The notes beneath the pieces are model-generated. The model did no database searches and was not told where the DNA came from. It saw only the letters and a program-made list of their open reading frames with translations. Made by a program: the position numbers and the translations under genes. A stretch of DNA of 64,000 bases, from assembly GCA_964441745.1 (NCBI GenBank), contig CAYTYR010000003.1, forward strand, positions 35,348 through 99,347, in the 5' to 3' direction. This DNA is from an uncultured Clostridia bacterium. Its GTDB lineage: Bacteria > CAYTYR01 > UBA6262. Shown here piece by piece: positions 29,853 to 40,684 of the stretch (position 1 is the first letter of the stretch; every line of letters begins with the position of its first letter).

Positions 29853-30641
29853 TTATTTTTTCTTTTTTCTTTTCATTAACCGAGGGGTCCTGCCTGAACC
29901 GGCTTTTTCATCAAGCTCGATACCGAACATTTCGACTGCGTCCAAATCAGCAATCACCCGCCCGGTCTTTTTATCCGCTTTCTTCAGCATCTTCTTTGAT
30001 TTATCCCGCAAAGCTTCCGTAATCAGATCATCCATTTCGGTTTTACGCAGTAAGAAAAATAGCTTGGGATCATCATCCAATTTTACTCCCACCCCATAAA
30101 GCGTGGCCGCTACATGCTTGCACATACTTGCCCAGTCCGGGCAACTGCAGCTAAACTTAATCTCTTTAGGCGCCGGAAACAACCCCTTCCCTTTGGCGGT
30201 AAACAATTCCATAAGATCCTGGGGAAACCGGCCTTCAATAAGCTCTTGTAAAGATTCGATTTTCCCGGCGCATTTTTTCTTAATATCGTGCCAGGCTTCT
30301 TTGTTCAACGGATTTATTTTTACCGCTACTTTATAAGGATGCGGGCTGGTACCCTGCACCACTGCCGTTACTTCGCCCGGGTTTATTTTAAAATCCAAAA
30401 CAAAACCGTTTCTAACGTAACTGCGGCCCCGGCCGATCCGGTTTGAATAATCCGCATACTTTTCCAGGTTTGCATTCCAGGCTTTGCCCCACCAGGTATG
30501 GGCCAGTTTGTTCCCCTTTAAAATCAAAGGGTTGATCTGAGGATTTTTCTTCTTTAGCTGCGCTAATTTCCGCTGCGCCTTCGCGCATTTTTCTCCAACC
30601 GAAACATACCGGGGAAATCCTGAATAACCATAGTATCCCAT
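29853..30641 (-). CDS. SWIM zinc-finger protein
   Basis: 262 aa; CxC...CxH signature CSCPDWASMCKHV; 23 nt downstream of SNF2 helicase. Confidence 0.8.
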   Translation of the reverse strand: MGYYGYSGFPRYVSVGEKCAKAQRKLAQLKKKNPQINPLILKGNKLAHTWWGKAWNANLEKYADYSNRIGRGRSYVRNGFVLDFKINPGEVTAVVQGTSPHPYKVAVKINPLNKEAWHDIKKKCAGKIESLQELIEGRFPQDLMELFTAKGKGLFPAPKEIKFSCSCPDWASMCKHVAATLYGVGVKLDDDPKLFFLLRKTEMDDLITEALRDKSKKMLKKADKKTGRVIADLDAVEMFGIELDEKAGSGRTPRLMKRKKKK

Positions 30642-30664
30642 AAGCTTATCCTCCTGAAATTATT

Positions 30665-33340
30665 TTACAGCGACAGGGTAAACAGGTTCATTAATTTATC
30701 ATTGTTCATTTCGGTTATCCAGGCCTCGTTTGAGCTTTGGATGATTTCGTTTGACAAGTGTGTTTTTTCCTCAAGCATGGCGTCAATCTTTTCTTCCAGT
30801 GTGCCTCTGGTGATAAACTTATGCACCAGAACATTTTTTTTCTGGCCTATCCGGAAGGCTCGATCGGTGGCCTGGTTTTCCACTGCCGGATTCCACCACC
30901 GGTCAAAATGAATAACCTGGCTTGCCGCGGTCAGATTTAAACCGACTCCCCCGGCCTTAAGCGATAATACCATAAAAGGAACATATTCATGACTTTGAAA
31001 CTTTTCTACGATTTCCCGGCGTTTTTTAACCGGCGTACCGCCGTGGAGGACCAAACCCTGATGCTTAAAGATTGTTTCCAGATATTCCTTGAGCGGTCCG
31101 GTAATTTCCTTGAATTGCGTAAATACTAAAACCTTCTCTCTTTTTTCATAAATTGTTTCACAAATTTCGCGCAACCGCTGAAATTTGCCGCTGTCCGGTT
31201 CGCCATATTCATTCCTGCCCAAATATTGATCCGGATGATTGCAAAGCTGTTTAAACTTCATCAACGAAGCCAGAATCAGTCCTTTGCGCTTAATCCCCCC
31301 GGGTTCCTCTTCCAGCGCGGCTTTTAGTTCCGCCACAAGATTACCGTAAAGAACAACTTGTTTTTTGCTTAAATCCGCGTAAGTTTTCATCTCGACTTTC
31401 TCCGGCAGATCGGAAATAACAGACTTATCGGTTTTCAATCTTCTTAAAAGAAACGGCGCCGTAATTTTCTTCAGCCTGGCGTAACCGCCTGGATGGTCTT
31501 TTAATTCCTTAGAAAAATCGGAAAATTCTTTGCTGCTGCCGAGCATCCCGGGATTTAAAAAATCAAATAACGACCAAAGATCGCCTAAATTGTTTTCAAT
31601 CGGCGTGCCGGTCATAATTATTCTATTGTTGGCCTGCAAATTTTTAACTGCTTTGGTTTGTTTTGTGCCGGGATTTTTAATGGCTTGCGCTTCATCTAAA
31701 ATAACATAATTCCATTTGCGCGCTTTAAGCCAATCATACCTTTTGATTAAAGCATAAGTTGTTATAATAAGATCGTATTTGCCGCTAAAATCCTTGTCCC
31801 GACCGGCCTCGCCGCTATTTTTCTCAAACGAAGGATGAGCGATATAATACCTAATCTCCGGCGAAAATCGGCCTATTTCGCTAATCCAGTTAGAAATCAG
31901 GGAAGCGGGTATGATCAGCAGGCTGGCCGGATTTTGCCTGCTTGTTTTCAGCGTATTTAAGAAAGCCAACAGTTGTATTGTTTTCCCCAGCCCCATATCG
32001 TCGGCCAGACAGGCGCCAAACTGCAAAGAATGCAGGAAATAAAGCCAGTTCAACCCTTTCTGCTGGTACGGCCGAAGTTCTGCCAGAAAGTTTTTGGCGG
32101 GAGTGATTGAATCAATCAGCTCAGGTTTGCGCAGTTTTTCCACCACCCCTTTAAGCCATTCCCCGTTGGAAATACCGGCAGTCTCTCCATCGCTAACCCC
32201 CAGTTCTTTTTGTAAATTAAGCTGCAGATACATGGCCTCTTTTAAAGTTAAAGCGCCTTGTTCCATCAATTGTTGCGCTTTTTTATAGGCTTCCAGAGTT
32301 TTTTCGAGTTTTTCCGGGTCCACCTCCACCCATTTCCCCTTAATAAACGCCAGCCCGGCTGATTCATTTAAAAGTTTTCTTGCCTCCTCTTCCGACAGCT
32401 CGCTGTCGCCGCATAAAAGTTGTGTATTAAAATCAAGCAGCGAATCCTGGCCGAGAAACGACGGCGCTATATTGCCGATCCTGATATCCAGCTTTAGAAC
32501 ACTTGTTCTGTTCTTCCACCAGTTGGGAATCCGGCAAAGTATGCCGGATTTTTCATAGAGAGGAATTTCCTTTAAAATATCATAGGCGTCTTTGGCCGAC
32601 AAGGCCAGCGGATGAAATATTTCCCCGTTTTCAATAAGCCCGGCAATGATCCGGCTGTCTTTGGCGGCTAAATAAACAGTGGCCAAAAGTTCCAGCAGTT
32701 TTTTGTTGTTTTTGCCGTATTCGGTTAAGGCATACTTTAAGGGAATATGCTTGGCTTTCCCCTGCTCGTTTAAGCCGGTAGAATAGGTGGCTAAAAAAGC
32801 AAAAGGAAACTCCTCTTTTTTACTTTCCACCAAATGAAAATAAACCCGTCCGGCCAGATGAACATCAGCGCTGAAAGTTTTAATAAAATCAGCAACGGAG
32901 CCTCTATAAGTTTTCACTTTATGGCTAAAGGTAAGGTTTAGCTTTGACCAAATATCTTTCAGAAAAGACGGGTTTACATACTCTGCCCCAACCATAAATG
33001 GCCGCCGGGACAGAAAATCGTCAATCTCGTCAGTCGTTAAAACAAGCTCTACCCGCTCGCGCAAACCCTCAAGATCGGGTGTTTGCGCTAATTTTTTTAC
33101 ATACCTCTCCCCTAACTTTCTAAAAAATTCCAAACTTGCCGCTAACGGCACGGCTTGATTGCAAAATCCCAGCAACAGGAGAAAAGAGCCAAAGTCTTCC
33201 CGGTAGCTTTTGTATAATTCATTTTGCAGCAATTCCTGATCCTTGTTTAGCGGCTCTGCCCTGTCCTGCCATTCCAGTTCAATACTCTGACCCGGTAAAC
33301 AAACAACTGTTAATTCTTTATTCATTTTCTTTTTCCTCAT
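30665..33340 (-). CDS. SNF2-family helicase/ATPase
   Basis: 891 aa; motif I LADDMGLGKT, motif II DEAQAIKN, SNF2 block GTPIENNLGDLWSLFDF, C-terminal helicase domain. Confidence 0.85.
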   Translation of the reverse strand: MRKKKMNKELTVVCLPGQSIELEWQDRAEPLNKDQELLQNELYKSYREDFGSFLLLLGFCNQAVPLAASLEFFRKLGERYVKKLAQTPDLEGLRERVELVLTTDEIDDFLSRRPFMVGAEYVNPSFLKDIWSKLNLTFSHKVKTYRGSVADFIKTFSADVHLAGRVYFHLVESKKEEFPFAFLATYSTGLNEQGKAKHIPLKYALTEYGKNNKKLLELLATVYLAAKDSRIIAGLIENGEIFHPLALSAKDAYDILKEIPLYEKSGILCRIPNWWKNRTSVLKLDIRIGNIAPSFLGQDSLLDFNTQLLCGDSELSEEEARKLLNESAGLAFIKGKWVEVDPEKLEKTLEAYKKAQQLMEQGALTLKEAMYLQLNLQKELGVSDGETAGISNGEWLKGVVEKLRKPELIDSITPAKNFLAELRPYQQKGLNWLYFLHSLQFGACLADDMGLGKTIQLLAFLNTLKTSRQNPASLLIIPASLISNWISEIGRFSPEIRYYIAHPSFEKNSGEAGRDKDFSGKYDLIITTYALIKRYDWLKARKWNYVILDEAQAIKNPGTKQTKAVKNLQANNRIIMTGTPIENNLGDLWSLFDFLNPGMLGSSKEFSDFSKELKDHPGGYARLKKITAPFLLRRLKTDKSVISDLPEKVEMKTYADLSKKQVVLYGNLVAELKAALEEEPGGIKRKGLILASLMKFKQLCNHPDQYLGRNEYGEPDSGKFQRLREICETIYEKREKVLVFTQFKEITGPLKEYLETIFKHQGLVLHGGTPVKKRREIVEKFQSHEYVPFMVLSLKAGGVGLNLTAASQVIHFDRWWNPAVENQATDRAFRIGQKKNVLVHKFITRGTLEEKIDAMLEEKTHLSNEIIQSSNEAWITEMNNDKLMNLFTLSL

Positions 33341-33456
33341 ATTTGATCTGTTCCATGTTGTTTATTCATATCCGGACACCAGCGTGGACCCAGCATGACC
33401 TATATATCCACATATTCTCAACCGATTCTCAACCGCGTAGGTTGAGGATTGGTTAT

Positions 33457-34602
33457 TCAAACTTCACCTGCATTGCTTACTATCTTGAAATCAACCCCCA
33501 GTTCTTCAAAATGTTTTTTCCCGCAGTGAACTTTATCCGCTTCGTCCGGGCGCAATTTGGCAAGGTCGGCAAATGCCTTTGTTTCCCTTACCAAATACAA
33601 CGTTTGATCACCCTGCTTAACGATTGCCCAATCCGGATTATATGTCCCCAGCGGCGTGGTTACCTTAAACCAGTCCGGCAGCTTAACAAATAATTTAATA
33701 TCCTCACGGCTATCTAAGGCCTGCGCAAAGCGGCGCTCAACGTCAGAATCAAACTCAACCGCATCATAGACCGATTTACCAACGTCCACCTAGAACAGAA
33801 GCCACCTCGATACATTTGACCAACCGCATATCGTATGCTTTGACCGGATCCAACTTATATAGAAGGTTATACGGATTCACATGCGTAGCGGAATAACGAA
33901 GCGTACATAAAGGATTTAATGTTTCGATCGCTTCCTTGGCTTTGTCGGTGTTGTCAACGCTCTGCGGCTCATCGATAATCACAATCGGATGCGTCGCTTG
34001 AATAAACTCGATCGGCTTACGCCCGGAAAAACGATCGTTTTCCCTATGGATAACATTACTCTTCTTCTCATCATCCTTGTCCTCAAGCGTCTTGATTACT
34101 CGTAGCAAACTGCCGTACCTGACTGACCTTCTTGGAATCATACACAAAATAATCGAACGCCACGTTATTGTATAAATGTAAAAAGTGGTCGCGCGTAATA
34201 TCAATGTTTTTGAGAACACCCTCCCGGATAGCAACACTGGGAACAACGATAACAAATTTCTTAAAGCCGTATTTCTTGTTCAGCTCGAAAATAGATCGCA
34301 AATAAACATACGTCTTGCCGGTGCCGGTTTCCATTTCCACAGAAAAATGCCTCCCCTGCAAGACGCCAACCTTCTCAATCTCGTCTTTCTCCTGAATCTT
34401 CCAAACGTTATCCAGAAGCTTCTCATTATCCAGCACAAGGCTATTTCCAACGCCCAACTCTCGAAGCTCAAGAAGCCCGTAAGCTGTAGTAAAACTAACC
34501 TCAAAGTCCGCTCCCGGTCAAAGGCTGGCCGTCAAATACGCTGACCACAGCATTAACGGCATTAAGTTGATATTGTTGATTGGGGTCAAATTTTAATTTC
34601 AT
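33457..34602 (-). pseudogene. res: decayed Type III res gene (frameshifts plus large internal deletion)
   Basis: three ORF fragments in different frames match res 17885-20535: N-terminus MKLKFDPNQQYQL then stop after 33 codons, Walker A METGTGKTYVY fragment, DEPQ fragment, C-terminal nuclease fragment; about 1.1 kb versus 2.65 kb for the intact gene. Confidence 0.8.
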
Positions 34603-35591
34603 TTCTTCTTTCTTCCATTCCCAATCTGTTTAACAATTTTGTCAAAATCACTAATATAATCCTTACCTCTCTCTTTTCTGTAAATTTCGAATTCTTCTCC
34701 GGCCTTTTGAGCGGCTTGTTCGGCGCTTATGCTTCCGGCGTCAGCAAGAAGTTTCCGCTCGCTTAATTTCAAAAATTGATCCAGTTTTTCCACCCAATCC
34801 GCCATCTTCATCAGCCTGCCATTGGTTGCCTGCAATTCCGCAAAATCAAGATACATTGATACAATCAGATTAAGCTGGTTTAGCTCTTTTTCAGAAAGAT
34901 AGTTTTTCGCGATTTTAACATCTTGCGAAGTAATATAATTACCTTTAAAACTGGTAAGCCCCATTAATGGTTTTTGACTATCCGCGCGTTTTACTACAAT
35001 TTCCGCCGCGGTATGGCCGTGAACCGCGTAATGCATTTTATTCTGCACAGTAGCGAAAAACTCTTTAGTAAGATTATCGTCTTTGCGGTAATCAACGCTG
35101 GTAGCGTAAATATCGGTAACTTTCTGGTAAAAATTGCGCTCACTGCTTCGAATATCGCGAATACGCTGCAATAGTTCCTGAAAATACCGCGCTTTCTGCC
35201 CGCCCTGTTTTAATCGCTCATCGTCCAATGTAAACCCCTTGACGATATACTCTTTCAGGCGCTGAGTCGCCCAAATTCTAAATTGCGTTCCGCGAACCGA
35301 CTTGACCCTATACCCAACCGAAATAATGACATCTAAATTATAGCAATTTGTCGGTTTGGTAGAAAATTCGGAATTCCCGAATTTTCTCATCGTCTCCCCC
35401 TTCATAAGCTCTTTTTCTTCATAAATATTTTTTATGTGTTCATTGATTGTGGATTTTGATTTTTCAAACAACTCGGACATCTGATCCTGCGTAAGCCAAA
35501 CGGTTTCATCTTCTATCTTTACCTGAAGCCTTGCCTGCCCGTCTTCAGTTTCGTAAATGGTTATTTTTGCATCCTCAACAGGTTTTTTCAT
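34599..35591 (-). CDS. rhuM: RhuM-family protein inserted between mod and res of the decayed RM locus
   Basis: 330 aa; IYETEDGQARLQVKIEDETVWLTQDQMSELF and SVGYRVKSVRGTQFRIWATQRLKEYIVKGF are characteristic RhuM blocks; stop overlaps res2 ATG (ATGA). Confidence 0.75.
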   Translation of the reverse strand: MKKPVEDAKITIYETEDGQARLQVKIEDETVWLTQDQMSELFEKSKSTINEHIKNIYEEKELMKGETMRKFGNSEFSTKPTNCYNLDVIISVGYRVKSVRGTQFRIWATQRLKEYIVKGFTLDDERLKQGGQKARYFQELLQRIRDIRSSERNFYQKVTDIYATSVDYRKDDNLTKEFFATVQNKMHYAVHGHTAAEIVVKRADSQKPLMGLTSFKGNYITSQDVKIAKNYLSEKELNQLNLIVSMYLDFAELQATNGRLMKMADWVEKLDQFLKLSERKLLADAGSISAEQAAQKAGEEFEIYRKERGKDYISDFDKIVKQIGNGRKKK

Positions 35592-35641
35592 TAATAATCC
35601 CCTCTTTCTCTAACCCAACAGCTAAAGAATTACCGGCATTT

Positions 35642-37563
35642 CTACACCGTCCTAAAATCCTCGACGCCTTTTGATTTCATAATCTGAACAGCATTTGTTT
35701 TCAGCTGATCATTACCGGCAAAACCCTGATCCAAACAAATAACCCTACTGGGCGTTTTTTCAGCCATGGCTTTGATAACTTCTTTGGTCAATTCTTTCTC
35801 CAAACAAATCAGCATCAGCCCACCCTCGATGGAATAAATCGTCTTCCCGGCCATAATGGCTTTTTCGATCTTAGTCGTTAACTCAAATCCCGCCTTTAAG
35901 AGCAGTTCAAAAAGAATGTCCTCTTGCGAACTCTTAGGATTAATATGATCTACATGCATTACAAGTTGCTTCTCAACTATCTCTTTCTGCGCGTCAATAT
36001 CTCCTTCCCAAACCTTAAAAGTAGATTTGGCCAATTTGAAAACCTTAAACCCGAGAGCATTATTACTTAGCAAACTCACCTGAGATCCCGGCTCTTGTAA
36101 AGTTTTAATAATTTTCCTTAGACGCTCTTTACCAATATCGGCTATCGTCTTGAAATCATCTTTTCTGTTTTATCATCGAGAAGCTCTGGGAGTTGTATAC
36201 ATATAAATTTTCTTCCGATGTTATCCTGACGGTTCATTTCAAGAACGGCATGCCCAGTCGTTGCAGATCCAGCAAAGAAATCCAACACATAATCATCTTT
36301 ACCTACGCCCGAGATCGACATCAAATGAGCGATTAATTCAAAAGGCTTAGAAAAAGGAAAATCTATTCCAATTTTAATCAACGCCTTAGATCCGCACGAA
36401 TTTGTAAAAGATTTGTTATCAAACAAGGTATTAGGACGCAACCCCTTTTCTAGTCGCTCATTCAAATAAAGTTTTGTGTATACGTTCCAATTCGCTTGCT
36501 TCCCTTTTTGATCTAACAACGGCGACGTTTTGGTTTTCTTAAAAACAACTCGATTATCTGAAAGGTTCTTTTTGAACGTTTCTTCTGTCCATCTAAATAC
36601 TTTTCCGGCCGGGGGAATCACCTTTGTCCCATCCTGACATTCAATGTAATACCTTTGATTCGGACGCAAGTCTAAACTCGGCATGTATAGCGAAACTTCG
36701 TTGTACTTACCTCTCTTATCTTCGAATTTAAAAAGGCTGACATAATCTTCGTCCGCTTGCGCAGACCGATCAGTGAATTCAGGAAGACTGGATATATGTT
36801 TTGCATACGATAAAATATAATCACACGATGGTGAAAAGTGCGTCCCCTTGTTTGAGGTTAACTTGGACACTCGAGTTACAACATCCAATGCGTTCTCCTC
36901 GCCAAATATTTCATCGCACATTTTTCTTAAATGTGAAAACTCTCCATCGCCAATGCTAATAAAGATTATTCCATCTTCGCGTAATAAATTTCTCGCTAAA
37001 TACAACCGTGGATACATCATATTGAGCCATTTAGTATGGAAACGGCCACTATCTTCTGTATTGGTCGAAAAACGCCTCCCCTCATCATCCATCTGCCCTG
37101 TGTATTTCAAATATGTTTCCAAATTCTCAGCGTAATCGTCAGGATAAATAAAATCACTTCCGGTATTGTATGGCGGATCGATGTAGATCATCTTTATCTT
37201 GCCATAATACGATTTCTGCAAAAGCTTTAAAACCTCAAGGTTATCGCCTTCAATAAACAAATTCTCTGTTGTATCAAAGTTAATAGATTCATCTTTAACC
37301 GGAACAAGCGTTGCAACGCTCGGAGCCTGAATATTCTTGAAACAATCCGCTTTTCCCGGCCAATTCATCCCAAAACGTTCTCGACCAACGTCTGTATTTT
37401 CACCAATTACCACCCGTAATTTATCAATATCTATTTTTAGCCCTTCTGTGAAAACCTCGGGAAACGCCTGCTTTAATTGCCGTAATTTATCTTCCGGGAT
37501 ATTCATGGATTTCAAATCAGCTTTTTTAACTTCCGACATACTATTTTCTCCTTTTAAGATCAA
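35642..37563 (-). pseudogene. mod: Type III mod methyltransferase disrupted by a frameshift
   Basis: N-terminal ORF 36142-37563 (IYIDPPYNTG, DFFAGSATTG) and C-terminal ORF 35642-36079 both align to mod 23201-25084; frame breaks near 36140-36150 at an A-rich tract. Confidence 0.75.
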
Positions 37564-38323
37564 ACCACTTCCCAGCGAATCATAAATAGTGTTTCTTCGT
37601 TAATCCGGGGCTTTAATTTCTTTTCAATCTCATCTATAAGACCGTCCTTTTTATTTTCGATCACTTTAGCTTCCTGCTCATATGCCCGCCACGCGGCATC
37701 CCGCTTGGTTTCGAGTTGACGACGATCTTTCTCCAGCTTGAGTTTCTCCGGTAAATTGGACGCAAGCCGCGACCGCTTCCTTAATTGCGTTTGCAATCTT
37801 GCTTGATGGTTTATAAACATTGCGAAGACGGTGCGCCTCATCGATCACAATTAAATCCCATTGTATCTTTTTGATATAAACATCCATCTTCCGGGCAAAC
37901 TGATACGAACAGATAACAACCTTCCCCTGTTCAAAAGGATTCAAATTACCTTTTTTGATTTCCTGATTAAAATGACGCATTCTCAAGAATAGCGGACGAG
38001 AGAAAAAACTTATCAAGCAATTCCTGATTCCACTGTTTCCTAAGATTGGATGGAACAATAATGAGAATCTTTCGTTTGCGCTCAGCCCACTTCTGGGAAA
38101 TAACCAAGCCAGCCTCAATCGTTTTTCCCAAACCAACCTCATCAGCAAGAATTGCCCCTTTGGACAATGGCGACCGAAAAGCAAACAATGCGGCTTCTAC
38201 CTGATGAGGATTAAGATCAACCTGTGCGTCCGCTAAAGACGCGGCAAGCTTCTGGATGCTGTCTGATGCGCTCCGCTTGGTTAATTCATAAGCAAAATAT
38301 TTAGCGTGATATTCTGTTAACAT
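37560..38323 (-). pseudogene. remnant of a second SNF2/DEAD-like helicase gene
   Basis: three overlapping ORFs in different frames carry helicase motif I (ADEVGLGKT) and motif II (DEAHRLRN); far too short for a helicase. Confidence 0.55.
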
Positions 38324-38482
38324 TTATTCTTCCTGGAGGCTATAATACCCTTTTAATGTCGCCGCCTGATTACAAGCGCAACCCCTCCTTCCAATCGCGC
38401 GTATCCCTTACGGAACAGGCCGAATTTCAGCAAAATCTTGAGGGCAAGGTCAATTGCGCTGGCAGGACATTCTCTCCTTGAC

Positions 38483-38516
38483 AAAAAAACCCCATTACTG
38501 GGGTAAAATTCTTTTT
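38483..38516. terminator. rho-independent terminator 3' of the GAF-ANTAR gene
   Basis: CCCCATTACTGGGG hairpin flanked by A-run (minus-strand U-run) and CTTTTT on plus. Confidence 0.6.
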
Positions 38517-38542
38517 AGATCAAGGAGATATTCTGCATAATG

Positions 38543-39778
38543 TCACTTATTCATCTCCGCGGTCAAGAGGATAGCTTCAGCTATCTGTTTCATGCTCTTG
38601 CGGGTATTCATGCTTTGCTGCTGGATTATTTTAAAGGCCTCAGCTTCATTCATCGTGTATTTTTGCATGAGGACCCCCTTGGCTTTTTCCACTACTTTCC
38701 TGGTTTCCAGCGCCTCTTCCATTTCTGCGGCTTTATCGAACAATTTGGTGTTTTCTATGGAAATAGCTGCCTGGTTAGCAACCGATTGCAATACTTTGAT
38801 CTCTTCTTCACTAAAAGAATGTTCATGGGCAGTGTAGCTGTTAATCACCCCGATCACCTTATCTTTGATCATCATCGGGACAGAAAGCATACTAATAATG
38901 CCTTCCTTGCGGGCGACTTCCGGGTATTTATAGGCTGGTTCCCGGGTGACATTCAATACCATCACCGGCTTCTTTTCTTTCACTGCCTGACCGCTGACGC
39001 TTTCTCCCACCTTTAAATTTGGTTTTTTAATATAATCAGGGCTCAGGGATTGGGTGGCTTTGATCTCCAGCTCTTGCTTCTGGTCATCCAGCAGCATAAT
39101 TGAACATATTTTTGAGTTCATCATTTCCGCGGTCATAGTGACTACCAACTGCAGGATCTCCTGCAAATATCTCCCCGAAACGATAGTGGTAGAGATCCTG
39201 GAAATCGTATCCAGGCGCCGTGATTTTTTGCTGGATTCTATATCTAACCTGGCTTTTTCGATGGCTGATCCGACCTGGGTTCCGATCACTTCCATTAATT
39301 TCTTATCCCGGTCCGAATAGCGGTGGGCTTGGCGATGCCGTATGTTTACCACCCCAATAACTTCATTCTTGGCTATAATCGGCACAGCCAGGATCGCCTG
39401 AAACTTATCTTCCGGTAATCCCTGGAAAAACTTGTAACGCTGGTCTTTCATGGCGTCTTTATTAATCGCGACAATTTTTTTCTGCTTAGCCGCCGTACCC
39501 GCAATACCCTCACCAATATTGAGCCGCACCAAGCCGACAGTCTTAGGATGCAGGGGTTTCGCGGCCCGCAGGACCAAGTGTTCTTTGGCTTCATCAAAAA
39601 GGAATAGATGACAGGCATCGCTTTTGGTTATGGCCGCAGCTACTTCCAGGATCTTGCCTAGTAATTCATCGAGATTGGTGATACTGGAAATAACCTCGCT
39701 GATCCGGTAAAGGACCGCGGCTTCTTCTTTTTTCTCTTTCAGCTGTTTTTGCAGTTCTTTAATAGTAGTTTTAGTCAT
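38543..39778 (-). CDS. GAF-GAF-ANTAR regulator (RNA-binding antiterminator-type output)
   Basis: 411 aa; two GAF-like modules and a C-terminal ANTAR-like helix segment (LETRKVVEKAKGVLMQKYTMNEAEAFKII). Confidence 0.7.
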   Translation of the reverse strand: MTKTTIKELQKQLKEKKEEAAVLYRISEVISSITNLDELLGKILEVAAAITKSDACHLFLFDEAKEHLVLRAAKPLHPKTVGLVRLNIGEGIAGTAAKQKKIVAINKDAMKDQRYKFFQGLPEDKFQAILAVPIIAKNEVIGVVNIRHRQAHRYSDRDKKLMEVIGTQVGSAIEKARLDIESSKKSRRLDTISRISTTIVSGRYLQEILQLVVTMTAEMMNSKICSIMLLDDQKQELEIKATQSLSPDYIKKPNLKVGESVSGQAVKEKKPVMVLNVTREPAYKYPEVARKEGIISMLSVPMMIKDKVIGVINSYTAHEHSFSEEEIKVLQSVANQAAISIENTKLFDKAAEMEEALETRKVVEKAKGVLMQKYTMNEAEAFKIIQQQSMNTRKSMKQIAEAILLTAEMNK

Positions 39779-39906
39779 ATTATTATTATATCATAACTGC
39801 CGACCATAGTAAATGCCAAAATATTATTTAACTTACCTTTTACCTAAGCGTAATATGCCCTTATTATACATTCGTTATACTTATTGTAATAAAAAAGGAG
39901 AAAATT

Positions 39907-40614
39907 ATGAAAAACAAAGCAGATTTACACATCCATACTTACTACAGTGACGGGCTGGACAGTCCCGAACAAGTGGTCAGGACAGCTTCGATCAAAGAAC
40001 TGGCCGTCATCGCGATCTGTGACCATAACCGCATCAAAGGCGCCCAAAAAGCGCAGAATTTCGCCCAGAGTCATACCTATATGGGAGTAGAAGTAATCAT
40101 TGGGGAAGAGATCACTACTTTGAACGGTCATATTCTTGGCTTATTCCTGCATGAACGTATTAAGCCTGGCTTAAGCGCTGAAGAGACCATCGAAAAGATC
40201 CATGCCCAAGACGGGTTGGCCATATTACCGCACCCTTTCCATTTTTATATAGGTAAAAAACGGGGCAATGTCTCTGCCGGCAAGCTTATCGACACTTTAA
40301 AAATAGACGGGATTGAAGTTATCTGTAACTCCAGTATAGCCAGCTGGTGGGCCAATATGAAAGCTGCCTTGAAGAATGCCTCCAGTATGCATACGGCCAT
40401 TGGCTCAAGTGACGCCCATGATTCCCATTTTATCGGGCACGGGTATACCTTGTTCCCAGGGAAAACCGCGGCGGAGCTGCGCACAGCTATAGAAAATAAA
40501 AAATGCACCGCCCACTATCATTTCTGGTCTTTAAAAGATCTTTGGCGGTCGCTGCACACTGGCTTGCAGAATTTAGCCAGGTATTATTTTAATTCCGGCA
40601 TAGAGACAGAATAA
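39907..40614 (+). CDS. PHP-domain metal-dependent phosphoesterase
   Basis: 235 aa; N-terminal DLHIHTYYSDG and later CDHN, HPF histidine motifs; AAGGAG SD. Confidence 0.75.
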   Translation: MKNKADLHIHTYYSDGLDSPEQVVRTASIKELAVIAICDHNRIKGAQKAQNFAQSHTYMGVEVIIGEEITTLNGHILGLFLHERIKPGLSAEETIEKIHAQDGLAILPHPFHFYIGKKRGNVSAGKLIDTLKIDGIEVICNSSIASWWANMKAALKNASSMHTAIGSSDAHDSHFIGHGYTLFPGKTAAELRTAIENKKCTAHYHFWSLKDLWRSLHTGLQNLARYYFNSGIETE

Positions 40615-40684
40615 AACATTGCAATTAACTATTAGCTTTGATAAAATAAACCCATAATCTAGCCGGATATTAAGAAGGAATTAC

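Noticed and set aside
33136-33693. 185-aa plus-strand ORF spanning the SNF2 start and the res2 remnant
   Set aside because: Crosses an intergenic region and overlaps two minus-strand features; no SD, no recognisable domain.
34185-34544. ORFs of 119 and 74 aa within the res2 region
   Set aside because: Off-frame debris of the decayed res gene rather than independent genes.
17885-38323. Classifying the defence island as a classical mobile element (prophage, ICE or transposon)
   Set aside because: No integrase, transposase, recombinase, tRNA attachment site or terminal inverted repeats found; the mobility evidence is limited to the cassette-like res-start repeats.
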